Source: Clostridia bacterium (lineage in GTDB: Bacteria > Bacillota > Clostridia > Christensenellales > UBA1242). From it: 64,000 bases of DNA. Made by a program: the position numbers and the translations under genes. Shown piece after piece: positions 1-9,812 of this stretch (positions are counted from its first letter, which is position 1; every line of letters starts with the position of its first letter). The notes under the pieces are model-generated. The model did not search any database. It saw nothing but the letters and a program-made list of their open reading frames with translations, and had not been told where the DNA came from. The DNA lies in assembly GCA_017541375.1 (NCBI GenBank), contig JAFXZE010000007.1, positions 128,989 through 192,988 on the forward strand, written 5' to 3'.

Positions 1-18
1 ACAAAGGAAGTGAATAAT

Positions 19-267
19 ATGCTTATGTCTCTTTTGTGTGTTTGGGAAGATTTAATGGAAAGATTGCAACAAGACAATGTTATAGTTGGGATTGCTCTTT
101 GCATTTTGGGGATTTCATTGGCTTGTTTAGCAAGAAGAATTGCGTGCTTTTGCCGAAAAACTGATTCTGTTTCAAATGAAGACGGAATAATGCTGACAAT
201 AAAAGTGATAGGATTGGTTTTGATTGTAGTAGCTGCAATAGTTTTGATTATAAAACAACCTTCATAA
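19..267 (+). CDS. small hypothetical membrane protein (two hydrophobic helices)
   Basis: ORF 10..267. ATG at 19 lies 8 nt after AAGGAAG. Hydrophobic stretches VIVGIALCILGISLACLA and VIGLVLIVVAAIVLII. Followed by a hairpin plus T-run. Confidence 0.4.
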   Translation: MLMSLLCVWEDLMERLQQDNVIVGIALCILGISLACLARRIACFCRKTDSVSNEDGIMLTIKVIGLVLIVVAAIVLIIKQPS

Positions 268-285
268 TATTAGACAAAACAAACA

Positions 286-322
286 AATATAATACAAATT
301 TTGTGTATTATATTTTTTTTTC
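286..322 (+). terminator. rho-independent terminator
   Basis: 11-bp stem aatataataca/tgtattatatt (286-296 / 304-314), 7-nt loop, then a run of T. Confidence 0.6.
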
Positions 323-371
323 TCATAAATTTAGTTATATTGAGCGTGATATACTATAACGAGGAGAAAAA

Positions 372-1205
372 ATGGAGATTATTTTAGAATACGCAATAAT
401 AGATAATTTCGTTATAGATTGGATTTTATTAAATATTTCTTTAAAAATATTAAAGTTCCCAATTTGCAAAAAAAGAATAGCTCTTTCTTGCTTTTTGGGC
501 ACTATTTTTGCGTGTGTTTCACCATTAATAGCCCTAATTGGGGCTTGGGGAGTTGCGGCTAAATTGTTAGTAGCATATTTTATGTGCATAATAATTTGTC
601 TATCATTTAAGGCGGGCATAAGACTCTGGATAGCGTTTTCAGGGATTACATTTTGCTTTGGTGGATTATTGATAGCTGTTTTTTCATATTTAAATATCCC
701 CACCAATGTTGGTTTAATAAATACATACATTTCTCCATTACCAATGGGAATAATCTTAGGGGGAGGAGTTTTATTTAGTATTCTAGCATCAAAAATGGCA
801 AAGATTGTTAGAAAAAGAAACCAAGTTCAAGTTTTAGAGTTGAACATTCGCTTAAATAATAAGAAAAAAATGGTGATGGGATTTGTAGATACAGGGAATC
901 TTCTTCATTCCTCATCAGGTCGAGCTGTGGTGGTAGTTGAAGAAGACTTACTAAAGTTTTGGCTGTCAGATGCGCAGCGTATGGCTCTGTTTTTAAAAAA
1001 ATTTGACAAAACAGACCTAAGTAATATAGAACAAATAGCAGTAAATAGTATGGGAGCTACATATATGATGACTATTTTCGATGCTGATATAGACATTAAT
1101 GGTAAATCTATGCCTATTTCTTTGGGGATTTCTACTCATAAGTTAGGAAATAAAGATTACAAAGCAATTGTAGGTAGCGAAATTGTGGAGGTATGCAATG
1201 TTTAG
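372..1205 (+). CDS. spoIIGA: sporulation sigma-E processing aspartic protease SpoIIGA
   Basis: 277 aa. Hydrophobic multi-pass N-terminal half. C-terminal half carries GFVDTGN (D-T-G aspartic protease signature). Stop overlaps the sigE start by 8 nt, in the classic spoIIGA-sigE-sigG order. Confidence 0.85.
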   Translation: MEIILEYAIIDNFVIDWILLNISLKILKFPICKKRIALSCFLGTIFACVSPLIALIGAWGVAAKLLVAYFMCIIICLSFKAGIRLWIAFSGITFCFGGLLIAVFSYLNIPTNVGLINTYISPLPMGIILGGGVLFSILASKMAKIVRKRNQVQVLELNIRLNNKKKMVMGFVDTGNLLHSSSGRAVVVVEEDLLKFWLSDAQRMALFLKKFDKTDLSNIEQIAVNSMGATYMMTIFDADIDINGKSMPISLGISTHKLGNKDYKAIVGSEIVEVCNV

Positions 1206-1914
1206 CTCATTATTTAAATTTTTAAAAAGAATTTGTGGGATAAATTATGATAAAGCAAAAGAACAAATGATGCTATATTTAAGCAACAACGAGGCTTTAC
1301 CCAGTCCAATGAGCGCGATAGAGGAAAAAGAATGTGTAGAGCGAATGTTGAGTGGCAATATTGAAGCGAAAGCAGAATTGATAGAAAAAAATTTGCGTTT
1401 GGTGGTATATATTGCAAAAAAGTTTGAGAACACTGGAGTGGAACTCGAAGATTTGATATCAGTCGGCTCCATAGGCCTAATTAAGGCTGTAAATACGTTT
1501 AATAATACAAAACAAATAAAACTTGCCACTTATGCTTCGCGTTGTATCGAAAATGAAATTTTGATGCATTTACGAAAAACAAGCAAACAAAAGAATGAAA
1601 CATCTTTAGATTCACCTCTTTCGTTAGATGCTGATGGAAATGAACTGCTACTGAGTGATGTGATTGGAATAGATGCTGAAGAGATATTTAAAAATATTGA
1701 AGCTGAAGCTGATAAAGGACTGATATATAAAGCTCTAGAAAAGCTTAATAAGCGCGAACAACAGATTGTTTCCATGAGATTTGGGCTAAATGGAATCCAA
1801 GAACAGACTCAAAAACAAGTTGCAGATAATTTAAAAATATCACAAAGTTACATCAGTAGAATTGAAAAAAAGATATTGAATAAAATGAAAAAAGAAATTT
1901 CCAATTTAAGCTAA
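1198..1914 (+). CDS. sigE: RNA polymerase sporulation sigma factor SigE (pro-sigma-E)
   Basis: ATG at 1198 preceded by GGAGG. Short pro-sequence, then EALPSPMS, NLRLVVYIAKKFENTG, KLATYASRCIENEILM and ISQSYISRIEKK, which match B. subtilis sigma-E blocks as I recall them. Confidence 0.93.
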   Translation: MFSSLFKFLKRICGINYDKAKEQMMLYLSNNEALPSPMSAIEEKECVERMLSGNIEAKAELIEKNLRLVVYIAKKFENTGVELEDLISVGSIGLIKAVNTFNNTKQIKLATYASRCIENEILMHLRKTSKQKNETSLDSPLSLDADGNELLLSDVIGIDAEEIFKNIEAEADKGLIYKALEKLNKREQQIVSMRFGLNGIQEQTQKQVADNLKISQSYISRIEKKILNKMKKEISNLS

Positions 1915-1975
1915 TAAATCATGAATAAAAGTGTTATTCAATGCCCACACTACACATAAAGTGTGGGAGGAAATA

Positions 1976-2749
1976 ATGATAAATAAAGTAGTAATTTGTG
2001 GAGTTGATACATCTATATTACCAAAACTTAGTGCAAATGAACTCTACGAACTTATGATTAGGCTAAAAAAAGGTGATGAGAACGCTAAAAACGAATTTAT
2101 CTATGGAAATATGAGGTTGGTTTTAAGCGTTGTACAGAGATTTGTAAGTAGAAACGAAAACCTAGATGACCTTTTTCAGGTGGGATGTGTCGGATTAATA
2201 AAGGCAATTAATAATTTTGACCTAAATCTAAATGTGAAATTTAGCACATATGCTGTGCCGATGATTGTGGGGGAGATAAGGCGATTTTTACGTGACAATA
2301 GTGCTATTAGGGTATCCCGTTCACTACGAGATATTGCCTATAGAGCGCTGGTCGCTCGTGAAAAATTAGAATCGAAATTATCTAGAGAACCCAATATTGA
2401 AGAAATAGCAGAAGAACTTAATTTACCCATAAAACAAGTTGCATTTGCGATTGATGCTATAACTGAACCCTTATCATTATCTGAACCAATGTATTCTGAT
2501 GACCCTGACGCTATAGAACTTGGAGAATGCATAGCCGATATTTACAATTGTGATGACAAATGGTTAGATAATGTTTCGATAAAGGATGCTCTAGAAGGCT
2601 TGAATGAACGCGAAAAACAAATTCTCATCTTGCGATATTATTTAGGAAAAACCCAAATAGAAGTGAGTGAAGAAGTAGGAATAAGTCAAGCTCAGGTAAG
2701 TAGATTAGAAAAAAACGCATTAAAATATATAAAAAAATTCTTCGACTAA
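1976..2749 (+). CDS. sigG: RNA polymerase sporulation sigma factor SigG
   Basis: ATG at 1976 preceded by GGGAGG. Blocks VVICGVDTSILP, NMRLVLSVVQRF, FSTYAVPMIVGEIRRFLRDN and ISQAQVSRLEK. Position directly after sigE. Confidence 0.92.
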   Translation: MINKVVICGVDTSILPKLSANELYELMIRLKKGDENAKNEFIYGNMRLVLSVVQRFVSRNENLDDLFQVGCVGLIKAINNFDLNLNVKFSTYAVPMIVGEIRRFLRDNSAIRVSRSLRDIAYRALVAREKLESKLSREPNIEEIAEELNLPIKQVAFAIDAITEPLSLSEPMYSDDPDAIELGECIADIYNCDDKWLDNVSIKDALEGLNEREKQILILRYYLGKTQIEVSEEVGISQAQVSRLEKNALKYIKKFFD

Positions 2750-2767
2750 GTGATTATTTTTTGTGGG

Positions 2768-2791
2768 TATATAGCAAAATTTTGCTATATA
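2768..2791. terminator. perfect 24-nt palindrome after sigG (probable terminator hairpin)
   Basis: tatatagcaaaa/ttttgctatata, a 12-bp stem with no unpaired loop as written. No clean T-run follows. Confidence 0.45.
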
Positions 2792-2868
2792 GTGTTTAAA
2801 TTTTGAAAAGTTGTGTTTTCCCCTATATATATGTTCAAAAATGAAGTATATATCATATATATAATATA

Positions 2869-3171
2869 ATGGAAATAAGTTTTAGTGAATTGAGAGAAAA
2901 GAGTGTAGTAAATCTTATAGATGGCAGACGGCTAGGGCATATCATCGATATAGTAATTGAACAATGTAGCGCAAAAATCTTGGGGGTGGTTGTTCCTGGA
3001 GTAAAAACTAATCTTTTTCGAACAAGGGAAGATATATTCATTCCATATAAGTGTATAGTAAAGATAGGACTTGATACTATACTAGTGGAACTAAATCCAA
3101 TGTCGAATTTATCAAAAAATAGTGTTAATCTTTTAGAAGAAAAAATCTCTCCTTCAGGAAAGATTAGTTAA
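2869..3171 (+). CDS. YlmC/YmxH family sporulation protein (PRC-barrel)
   Basis: 100 aa. EKSVVNLIDGRRLGHIIDIVIE...ILGVVVPG is typical of the YlmC/YmxH family. Confidence 0.8.
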   Translation: MEISFSELREKSVVNLIDGRRLGHIIDIVIEQCSAKILGVVVPGVKTNLFRTREDIFIPYKCIVKIGLDTILVELNPMSNLSKNSVNLLEEKISPSGKIS

Positions 3172-3174
3172 TAG

Positions 3175-3199
3175 AAAACATAGCTTGTGCTATGTTTTT
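3175..3199. terminator. bidirectional terminator hairpin between convergent genes
   Basis: aaaacatagc-ttgt-gctatgtttt. The A-run and T-run flanks are part of the stem ends. Confidence 0.55.
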
Positions 3200-3941
3200 A
3201 CTTTAGTAGTTTTTGTAAAGCATTTGCATTTAAGATTGTACTTGAAATAAACTTGCCCTTATAGAAATTTGCCCAATTATTCATAAAGCACGGTGCGTTT
3301 TTTGCCTTTTCTAAAGAGTCAATCTTAATAAAATTTAGTTTGATATTATTATTTTTCGCATAATCACTTAATTCATTTACTTCATATTCTACATAAGGGC
3401 ATTCGTTAGCATAGTATATCGTAAAATCTTTGCTGTCTATTTGCATAGAATGGGCATTTTTACTAAAATTGGGTGGAGAAGAGGTATTAAATTGCAGAGC
3501 GAGTAGCTCGTATTCACCAATTTGATCCACTATTTTAAACCCAAAATGCTCAAAAAACTTTTTTTCACCTAAAAAAGGTTTTTTCTTAGTAGTTACGACT
3601 GTGCAAATGCCATCCATTTTCTTATTTTTTGCATCATTTATGGCATATTCGAGCAATTCTCGTCCAATTCCTTTTCCCTTAAAACTTCCAGCAACCCATA
3701 AACAATAGATATACATATAGTTTTTCCCAATTACAGGTGCCCAAGCAGTTTCAATTGGTTCATATTCAATAAAGATTTTACCACGAGCATTTAGTTTTCT
3801 AAAGATATGACCATCTTTTAGTTTCGATTTAATCCACTCTTTCTTCTTATCAACACCCGCTTGATGCTTTGGGTCTCCAATAGCGCAACAAATATGCTCA
3901 CTGTCGATATTATCGTTATCTAAATTTATGTATTCATTCAT
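3198..3941 (-). CDS. GNAT family N-acetyltransferase with YoaP-like C-terminal domain
   Basis: 247 aa. HICCAIGD near the N-terminus. GNAT acetyl-CoA motif FKGKGIGRELLEYAI. Extra roughly 90-aa C-terminal domain, as in YoaP-type enzymes. Confidence 0.7.
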   Translation of the reverse strand: MNEYINLDNDNIDSEHICCAIGDPKHQAGVDKKKEWIKSKLKDGHIFRKLNARGKIFIEYEPIETAWAPVIGKNYMYIYCLWVAGSFKGKGIGRELLEYAINDAKNKKMDGICTVVTTKKKPFLGEKKFFEHFGFKIVDQIGEYELLALQFNTSSPPNFSKNAHSMQIDSKDFTIYYANECPYVEYEVNELSDYAKNNNIKLNFIKIDSLEKAKNAPCFMNNWANFYKGKFISSTILNANALQKLLK

Positions 3942-3943
3942 AA

Positions 3944-5707
3944 CTATTTAAACTCTCTTTTACAAAATATAATATAACTAATGAATACTGCGGCTAATAG
4001 GGTAATCGAGCTAGTAATTATGCTTACAGTAAACGAACTATTAGGGTACATCGGGGTAGCGAACAATGATGCAAAGTTTGTAACTCCATTTCCTATAGAA
4101 GCTCCTCCGTAATAGTTAAATAAATCAATTCCAGCAAAAGGCATATAAGCACAAATATAAGAATTAGCTAATAAGATAGGAGTAATAAATACAAAGAACA
4201 AAACTACCATAGAAACAATTATGGTTGCTACATTATTTCTAAAAATATTAGCAAAAGCAGCTGTCATTATGCTGTAGAAGAATATTTTTATCATCAAAAA
4301 TAGTATGTACACCAACATAAACAATGGAGGCGCTATTCTAAATCCTGCACTAGCATTAAATATAGCTAAAATAGGCGTAGAATCAAGCCCATAGACTATC
4401 CATCCTGTTACAAACAGTATTATAGCACACAACAGTAATAAGGCAATACACATTATCAGTGTGGCGATAATCTTTGCTGATAAAACTTTATGGCGAGCAA
4501 AAGGGCGGGTGAGTAACACTTTGAGTGTTCCATTTTGATTTTCTCCGGCAATTTGCCCTGCGATAGTGAGCATAGCTAGTAGAATTATCACGATGCTGCA
4601 CCCCTGTAATCCATAAAACATCAGGTCATAAGCATCTGCGGTTTGACCAGAACTTATAGTGAGATTGAAGGGAGTAGAAACGCTATTGGGGGTCAAATCC
4701 TTCTTTAGTAAATATCTATTTCTTGTGATTTGTTCTTTTAGTTGATAAACATAAACATCTTGATATCCCACATATTTTTGGGCAAAAGTATCATTCATAC
4801 CTTTTATATTTTCATATTTTATACTATCATTGACTAAGCTAACAAATTGATCAGATATGTATAGATAATTTGATAAATTCGTTTTAAATTCATCAATTGA
4901 TACTGACTCATTATCTTTGTCAAGATTGGCTTTTGTGATGATATCTTCTTGGGTAGCCTTAGAGTTAGTGTAGATAGTAGAAAGAGTTTCGATACTACTA
5001 TCAGAAAGTTTGATATCTTTGATGGTTGTAGTTGAAAATTCATATAGCTTTTCAAACATTTGGTCTTGCGATGCTACATTAGCTATTGAAATAAATGAAT
5101 CTAAAGAAGAAAGATCCTTGTTATCCGCACGAAAAACCGATATTGTTCGAGAAAGTAGAGCGGAAAAGTTGTTATAATCATTTACTTTTACAAACAGACG
5201 CAAATTATTAGTAGAAACCGATGCTTTTAGTTTGTCATTTACTGTTTTAAGATTATCGATAATTTGTAAACGATAATTATTAATAGAAGATATATCAGGA
5301 TTAGTTTTTGTTTTTTCAGTTTCAATTGCTTTTAAATATCCTGATTTATATAAATATTGCACTCCTATAGCTCCATTTGTCCCTGTATTATTACTTAATA
5401 ACGTGCTTATAGAGTTTACAATAGATTCTTGTTTAGACATTGTTTCAAGAGTGGTGTAAGCACCGTTCATATTTGAATCGGAGATATTTTTATTGAGGGT
5501 AGGGTGGTTACAAAAGTTTTCATAAATTGCATCTTTGCTGCTACCTTCAAGTTTTGAATAATAACTATCATCAATCCTATTTACAGGGTCAAATGTTATG
5601 CAAGAGAAAAATAGTACTACAGCGAGTAGAGCTGTTATTATATAAATAATTGGGCGCATTACAATTTTGTATAATTCGCCATTCACTAAACGACCAAATT
5701 TTAGCAT
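3944..5707 (-). CDS. ABC-2 type transporter permease with large extracytoplasmic domain
   Basis: 587 aa. One N-terminal TM, a roughly 330-aa Ser/Asn/Asp-rich soluble region, then about six C-terminal TM segments. Start overlaps the stop of the upstream ATPase gene by 1 nt. Confidence 0.65.
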   Translation of the reverse strand: MLKFGRLVNGELYKIVMRPIIYIITALLAVVLFFSCITFDPVNRIDDSYYSKLEGSSKDAIYENFCNHPTLNKNISDSNMNGAYTTLETMSKQESIVNSISTLLSNNTGTNGAIGVQYLYKSGYLKAIETEKTKTNPDISSINNYRLQIIDNLKTVNDKLKASVSTNNLRLFVKVNDYNNFSALLSRTISVFRADNKDLSSLDSFISIANVASQDQMFEKLYEFSTTTIKDIKLSDSSIETLSTIYTNSKATQEDIITKANLDKDNESVSIDEFKTNLSNYLYISDQFVSLVNDSIKYENIKGMNDTFAQKYVGYQDVYVYQLKEQITRNRYLLKKDLTPNSVSTPFNLTISSGQTADAYDLMFYGLQGCSIVIILLAMLTIAGQIAGENQNGTLKVLLTRPFARHKVLSAKIIATLIMCIALLLLCAIILFVTGWIVYGLDSTPILAIFNASAGFRIAPPLFMLVYILFLMIKIFFYSIMTAAFANIFRNNVATIIVSMVVLFFVFITPILLANSYICAYMPFAGIDLFNYYGGASIGNGVTNFASLFATPMYPNSSFTVSIITSSITLLAAVFISYIIFCKREFK

Positions 5708-6651
5708 TACATCACACCTCCCGAACTATTTTTGCCCCTAAATTGTTTTATAACATCTAGATAGATTTCCTCCAAAGATTTGGTGGTAACGTCGGCAGAA
5801 AAAATTGTTAATCCTTGGCGTTTTAGTGCTGATATTACAGCCCCCATTTTCACACTATTATAAGGTAAAATTATAGAATTACCAGCTAACTCGGGAGAAA
5901 CTTTAAATTGTTGATATATAATTTTACAAGCATAATTAGGGTAATCTACTTGAATTTGGATGCTCTTACTTGTGCTATTTTGCTCTTTTAAATCAGCCAA
6001 AGTACGCAACTCTAATATAGCGCCGTTATCAAATATGGCAACTGTGTCACAAATTTGCTCCAATTCACTTAAAACATGGCTACTGATAAATATGGCTATA
6101 TCGTTTTTTCTTGCTATTGAGCGCAAAATTTGTCTTAAATCAATAACGCCATTTACATCTAAACCATTGGTTGGCTCATCAAGAACTAGAAATTTGGGTT
6201 TATCTAGCAAAGCTTGGGCTAGATTTAGTCTTTGTAACATCCCTAATGAATAGGTACTAACTTTATCATAAATTCTGTTTGTTAATCCAACCATCTCAAT
6301 AAGATCGTACAATTCACTCGCAGAACATTTTTTAGTTAGGCTAGCAAAATACTTTAGGTTTTGCATACCAGTCATATATGGATATAGTTTACAGTTTTCC
6401 ATGACTACACCGAGGTTATCCATAGCTTTTTCAAATTGCTTTGAGAGGGAGTATCCACAAATGGTTACAGTGCCTGTGGTAGGTGGAGTAAGCCCACAAA
6501 GAATTCTAATCAAAGTCGATTTTCCAGCTCCATTAGGTCCAATAAAACCAAAAACTTCTCCTTCATATATTTCAAAAGAAAGGTTTTTAATTATTTGTTT
6601 TGAGCCATAGTATTTGCTAACATTTTTAATTTCTAGTACAGTATTACTCAA
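5707..6651 (-). CDS. ABC transporter ATP-binding protein
   Basis: Walker A GPNGAGKST, signature YSLGMLQRL, Walker B FLVLDEPTNGLD, H-loop SSHVL. Confidence 0.92.
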   Translation of the reverse strand: MSNTVLEIKNVSKYYGSKQIIKNLSFEIYEGEVFGFIGPNGAGKSTLIRILCGLTPPTTGTVTICGYSLSKQFEKAMDNLGVVMENCKLYPYMTGMQNLKYFASLTKKCSASELYDLIEMVGLTNRIYDKVSTYSLGMLQRLNLAQALLDKPKFLVLDEPTNGLDVNGVIDLRQILRSIARKNDIAIFISSHVLSELEQICDTVAIFDNGAILELRTLADLKEQNSTSKSIQIQVDYPNYACKIIYQQFKVSPELAGNSIILPYNSVKMGAVISALKRQGLTIFSADVTTKSLEEIYLDVIKQFRGKNSSGGVM

Positions 6652-6788
6652 TTAATCAAACCTCCTATAATCCACTTTTTTCACTGAATTATAACATAAT
6701 AATTTTTAAAAGTAAAGATAATAATTGACTTTGATAAAAGTTTTTGTTATACTCTTAGGGTAATTACATAAAATAGGTGGGGCAAGAT

Positions 6789-7832
6789 ATGGGGAATAAT
6801 AATATAGATTACATTTATGAACGCCTCCCAACAAAAAGCAAACCTAAGGGATATACTTTTTCATCAGTGACATTAATGCTTAGTTGTTGCTTTATGGCGG
6901 GGTTTGATATATGGTGCTATTTGGGCTTGCTAAATATCAGTCGATGGATACTTGTCGTATGTGCAGTAGCAACATCATTTTTGGCCGTAGCTTCTGTGAT
7001 TTTCTTCTTCAAAAAGAGTGCAGGTTGGCTCAAAACCGTGTTTGTCTTCTTGATATTGGAGAGTTTACTTGAATGGGGATACTTTCTTATCGCTCAATTC
7101 GGAATATTAGAGTATTTAACAAGTACAGAAAAACTTCAAGAAGCGCTCAGTGAAGTCGGTTGGTGGAAATATCTATTATTCTTTATATTGCAATTTTTAC
7201 AAGTAACTTTTATTCCATTGCCCGCAATGGCAACAACCATAGCAGGAACGCTAATGTTTGGGCCGGCAATGGCTACTATACTGAGCTTTTTTGGAATAAT
7301 GTTCGGTTCAATTTTTGCCTTTATGATAGGAGATAAATGTGGTGAAAAAGTTGTAAAATGGATTGTAGGCGAAAAGCAAACGAGAAAATATTCTCAAATG
7401 CTGTATGATAAAGGGAAATACATGTTTTTCTTAATGATGCTATTCCCACTTTTTCCAGACGACATTCTATGTTTGGTAGCAGGAATGACAACAATGTCAT
7501 ATCGCTTCTTCCTGACAACCATCATTCTTACTCGTCCTATAGGTATTATAATGACCTGCTACTTGGGCTCAGGAGAGATTATTCCATTCACTGGATGGGG
7601 ATTGGCTGTGTGGGCAATTATTGTGGCATTCATGATTTTTGCGTTTTGGTTTACTTATCATTATAAAGACTGGATTGAGAAAGTTTTAACCAGAATGGGT
7701 AGATTTTTTACAAAGAAATTTGGTTCTCCTCGTGATAAGGCGTTTATTTATTTAAATATAAACCCAAATCAAAAGTTGTTGCCTCCACCTACGCTTCCAT
7801 CAGATGAGGTCAAAAAGAAAAACAAAAAATAA
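6789..7832 (+). CDS. TVP38/TMEM64 (DedA/SNARE-associated) family membrane protein
   Basis: Multi-pass membrane protein. LQFLQVTFIPLP ... FPLFPDDILCLVAG resembles the TVP38/DedA core. ATG at 6789 lies 8 nt after AGGTGG; the ORF track starts at GTG 6777. Confidence 0.65.
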   Translation: MGNNNIDYIYERLPTKSKPKGYTFSSVTLMLSCCFMAGFDIWCYLGLLNISRWILVVCAVATSFLAVASVIFFFKKSAGWLKTVFVFLILESLLEWGYFLIAQFGILEYLTSTEKLQEALSEVGWWKYLLFFILQFLQVTFIPLPAMATTIAGTLMFGPAMATILSFFGIMFGSIFAFMIGDKCGEKVVKWIVGEKQTRKYSQMLYDKGKYMFFLMMLFPLFPDDILCLVAGMTTMSYRFFLTTIILTRPIGIIMTCYLGSGEIIPFTGWGLAVWAIIVAFMIFAFWFTYHYKDWIEKVLTRMGRFFTKKFGSPRDKAFIYLNINPNQKLLPPPTLPSDEVKKKNKK

Positions 7833-7890
7833 GCATATACTATCAAAAAAATGTAAGTATATGCTTATTTTTTATGACTATATGGCAGAT

Positions 7891-9660
7891 TTATGCACGA
7901 AATGCCTTTATGGAGTTTAGTAAAACTCCTATTATCCAAGAAATAATAAAGTTTATTGCAACTATACAAGGTATTAACCAACCTAGATAAAAATCTACAT
8001 TAAACATTTCCTTCATTCCGAAGCAGAAACAAATTGCTATGCTAAATATGGCAAGCAGTGCTGCATATATACATCTAATGCCAAAATTCTTCCACCAATG
8101 CACTTGTGGGGCATAAATCTTTTTATTTATGTCAGATGAGTAGATAAAAATACTACTAAATAGATATATAATTCCAAAAATCCCAAATACAAAGTAGAAA
8201 TAGTCGTGATTTGATAAATAGTATCCTTTATCTAAGCTTATTTGATAAACTAATAGCATTTCTACAAAGAAGATAATAGTCATAAGAATAGCTCTAAAAA
8301 GGTTAAAACGGTTTAAGTAAATAAATTTCTTTGTATTTATTTTAACAAACATCTTTTTGTCGTATGGATGAATAACTATATTCTCTTGTCTTATGTGGTT
8401 ATAATTCACATTTTTTGACACTAGTTTTTGAATAGGCTTATTAGTTTTAGAGTTTTTTACTTTTTCGCTTAGATTATATCTAGAGGCTACCTCATCCAGT
8501 GCATTTTTTTCATTGCTAGACTGTAATTTATCAAGATTTTTATCTTTGCGTCCAAAAGTAGGGGAGGCTGGTACTCTTGAAGAAGTATTTTGCTTACTTT
8601 TACCTTTTTTAAACACTGCAGCTACTTCGTCTGTGTATTTTGAACGACGACTAACAGGTTTCTCTTCCTCCGGCTCAGGAGCTGAGGCTATGATTGGTTT
8701 TTGAGTTTTGTTAAATTGAGATGTGGGCATAGAGCTAATACTAGATTCTATGATTTTAGTTCTTTCATCCTTTTCATCCTCATCAATGAAACTTTCCGCC
8801 TCCAAATCACCCAAAATGTCTTTATAATCGATATCATCAGCTTTTTCATTTGTAATTTCTTCATCAAAATTAAATTTAGGCTCAGACTTGGAGAGGGGAG
8901 GGAGTTCGTCATTTGATGTATTAGTTTCACTTTCTTCAAAATCAGCTTCAGTAATTGACTCATCTGGGATGTATTCTTGAGCTTGTTCTGTAAAACTTAA
9001 ATCATTTTCATTGTTGTCATCTTCGTTTTCATCAGCATATGGATTAAAGTCTTCGATTCCTGAAGAAGAGTCGTTATAAAAATCTTCCTCATCGTCTTTT
9101 TCACTTTCTTCACCACTTACATCATCCATTGGTTCAATATTTTCGTTAATTGAGGCGCTTTCAGGCATTTCAATATCTGAGATGCATTCATTTGGCTCAA
9201 TTTCCTGTGAGACTTCATCCTCATTATCCTGAGTGTCATCTATATCAAAAGGTGGTGCATCATCTATGTCTGGTTCTGTATTATTAAAATGAGACAAATC
9301 TTTATCATCAGTTTTTAATAATTCTTCGGCAGTAGGGTGAGGCAAGTCGGCATCTTCGTTTCCTTCTAATTTAGGTTCATTCTTTTGTTTCTTAAATTGC
9401 TCTACAGAAGTCATCAAGCTTAATTCTTCTAAACCTAAATCAGTAATTTTATAATAATGCCGCCTTCCGCCTTCCTGACCGTCTTCCCAATATGATTCAA
9501 CAAAACCTTTTTCTTCCAGCCTTCTAAGTGCGCTATATAGGCTTGGTTGTTTTACTTCTACATCGGGTGATGTTTCATTAATGCGTTTTATCATGTCAAG
9601 TCCATAGTGTTCGCCTTCGTTTAACACTTTTAATATAAGTGTATTTAAGTTGTCGGCCAT
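7891..9660 (-). CDS. PadR-type winged-helix regulator fused to a long acidic low-complexity region and a C-terminal multi-pass membrane domain
   Basis: ATG at 9660 preceded by AGGAGG. N-terminus LILKVLNEGEHYGLDMIKRI...PSLYSALRRLEEKGFVESYWE is the PadR wHTH. A roughly 230-aa Asp/Glu-rich tract follows. The last roughly 150 aa have 4-5 hydrophobic helices. Confidence 0.7.
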   Translation of the reverse strand: MADNLNTLILKVLNEGEHYGLDMIKRINETSPDVEVKQPSLYSALRRLEEKGFVESYWEDGQEGGRRHYYKITDLGLEELSLMTSVEQFKKQKNEPKLEGNEDADLPHPTAEELLKTDDKDLSHFNNTEPDIDDAPPFDIDDTQDNEDEVSQEIEPNECISDIEMPESASINENIEPMDDVSGEESEKDDEEDFYNDSSSGIEDFNPYADENEDDNNENDLSFTEQAQEYIPDESITEADFEESETNTSNDELPPLSKSEPKFNFDEEITNEKADDIDYKDILGDLEAESFIDEDEKDERTKIIESSISSMPTSQFNKTQKPIIASAPEPEEEKPVSRRSKYTDEVAAVFKKGKSKQNTSSRVPASPTFGRKDKNLDKLQSSNEKNALDEVASRYNLSEKVKNSKTNKPIQKLVSKNVNYNHIRQENIVIHPYDKKMFVKINTKKFIYLNRFNLFRAILMTIIFFVEMLLVYQISLDKGYYLSNHDYFYFVFGIFGIIYLFSSIFIYSSDINKKIYAPQVHWWKNFGIRCIYAALLAIFSIAICFCFGMKEMFNVDFYLGWLIPCIVAINFIISWIIGVLLNSIKAFRA

Positions 9661-9812
9661 ATATCCTCCTAAATTCTCTTTTAGTTTATAAAATTTTATA
9701 TTATTTGTCAAATAATTTTGCTAATAATCCAAAATTTACCTCATTTTTTGCTTTTTTAGTGCGTGTATTTGCTAAATAAAACTTAATGTGCTAAAATAGA
9801 ATTGGTGATAAA

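Noticed and set aside
8513-8963. Several 63-71-aa ORFs on both strands inside the acidic tract of the PadR-fusion gene.
   Set aside because: These are artefacts of low-complexity GAA/GAT-rich coding sequence. The long frame with the PadR N-terminus and TM C-terminus explains the region.
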